Of a DNA stretch of 64,000 nucleotides, positions 63,464 through 64,000 are shown in pieces. The first letter of the stretch is position 1. Each line of letters begins with the position of its first letter. This stretch comes from a virus. The stretch lies in the IMG/VR virus record IMGVR_UViG_3300027852_000002, positions 1 through 64,000 of that record; one strand, given 5' to 3'. Below the pieces are notes generated by a model that worked only from the letters and a program-made list of their open reading frames with translations, did no database searches and was not told the origin of the DNA. The position numbers and the translations under genes are program-made.

Positions 63464-64000
63464 TTACGCACTCATCGCCCCGTTGCCGCTACCGACTCTG
63501 CCTCGCGTGGCCAGCTGTCCTTTCATCTTGTCCTTCCAGCCTTTCTTCTTCTTTTTCTTCTTCATACGCGGTGGCTCATGGTGCGCTACCATGCGCACCA
63601 GCCACGCCAGCGAGTCAACGATATCATCAAATGTACCATTAGGGAACCTCAGCAACTCCGACGTAAACACCTCTACCCACGGCTCACCCTGCGGCAGCAG
63701 TATCCTGCCCTGCTGCAACCAGCCCTGTGCAGGGCGTGCCCGAGCCAACTTATCAGTCACCGGTTTCAGCGTATCATCCAACGACATGTACATCCGCTCC
63801 CTGCGCATCTCTTTCTTCAACGTCGGCATCACAGCCATCTGTATCTGCCCCTGCTCCAGCCCCAACTTCTGTAACTGAGCTTTATACGGCACCGCAGCCC
63901 CAACAATAGTTTCAGCCAGCATATCGGTCTTCACCCGCACCATATCCAACAAGTGTAGTCGATCTTCAGGGTCATGCGCACCGATCAGCCCCACTGTCCA
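63464..64000 (-). CDS. terL: terminase large subunit, C-terminal part (ORF runs off the window)
   Basis: The frame stays open to the window edge. FDDIVDSLAWL is typical of the TerL nuclease-domain end. It sits upstream of the portal. The C-terminal tail is unusual (K7 run). Confidence 0.65.
   Translation of the reverse strand, partial: WTVGLIGAHDPEDRLHLLDMVRVKTDMLAETIVGAAVPYKAQLQKLGLEQGQIQMAVMPTLKKEMRRERMYMSLDDTLKPVTDKLARARPAQGWLQQGRILLPQGEPWVEVFTSELLRFPNGTFDDIVDSLAWLVRMVAHHEPPRMKKKKKKKGWKDKMKGQLATRGRVGSGNGAMSA

Noticed and set aside
63354-63909. + strand ORFs opposite TerL (174, 98, 86 and 60 aa)
   Set aside because: These are shadow ORFs with Pro/Ser/Cys-rich translations. The - strand frame carries the terminase-type C-terminus.
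1-64000. CRISPR arrays, rRNA genes, integrase/att sites, transposases, reverse transcriptase/DGR
   Set aside because: I saw no regularly spaced direct repeats and no rRNA-like stretches. None of the translated ORFs shows recombinase, transposase or RT (YxDD) motifs.

Overview
The window reads as about 64 kb of a virulent tailed dsDNA phage genome. I saw no integrase, rRNA or CRISPR array. Two convergent gene blocks meet near 28.0 kb. The + strand block (1-27,974) carries replication, nucleotide-metabolism and early/middle genes. These include an AEP-primase/SF3-helicase, ThyX, a radical-SAM enzyme, a Cas4-like PD-(D/E)XK nuclease, an SNF2 helicase, a family-A DNA polymerase, a DnaQ-like exonuclease and a VRR-NUC nuclease. 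The block also has rIIA/rIIB homologues, a DUF932-like protein, two AT-rich homing endonucleases (HNH-AP2 and GIY-YIG) and many small Cys-rich ORFs. The - strand block (28,063-64,000) carries morphogenesis and lysis genes in this order: partial TerL, HAD phosphatase, portal, scaffold, DUF2829/Tad2-like protein, an MCP that looks N4-gp56-like from memory, head/tail/fibre proteins, a 2424-aa giant protein, an NlpC/P60-type hydrolase, an alpha/beta hydrolase and a membrane coiled-coil protein. Genes are tightly packed, with many ATGA/TAATG start-stop overlaps, so three ORF-free, visibly G+C-richer, helix-rich spacers stand out. The strongest novelty candidate is the 1.1-kb spacer at 10,912-12,011. 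It has no credible ORF, many hairpins including GNRA loops, nested long-range pairings and an embedded imperfect tRNA-like module, so I propose a giant structured phage RNA (GOLLD/ROOL-like or new). Other leads are the multi-domain giant virion protein, an esterase in the lysis cassette, a SPOUT-like ORF among the fibre genes, a Tad2-like anti-Thoeris candidate, a radical-SAM gene next to tandem Cys-rich ORFs, and a possible frameshift or indel upstream of the SNF2 helicase. All calls rest on reading the sequence and ORF translations by eye; no searches or folding programs were run.
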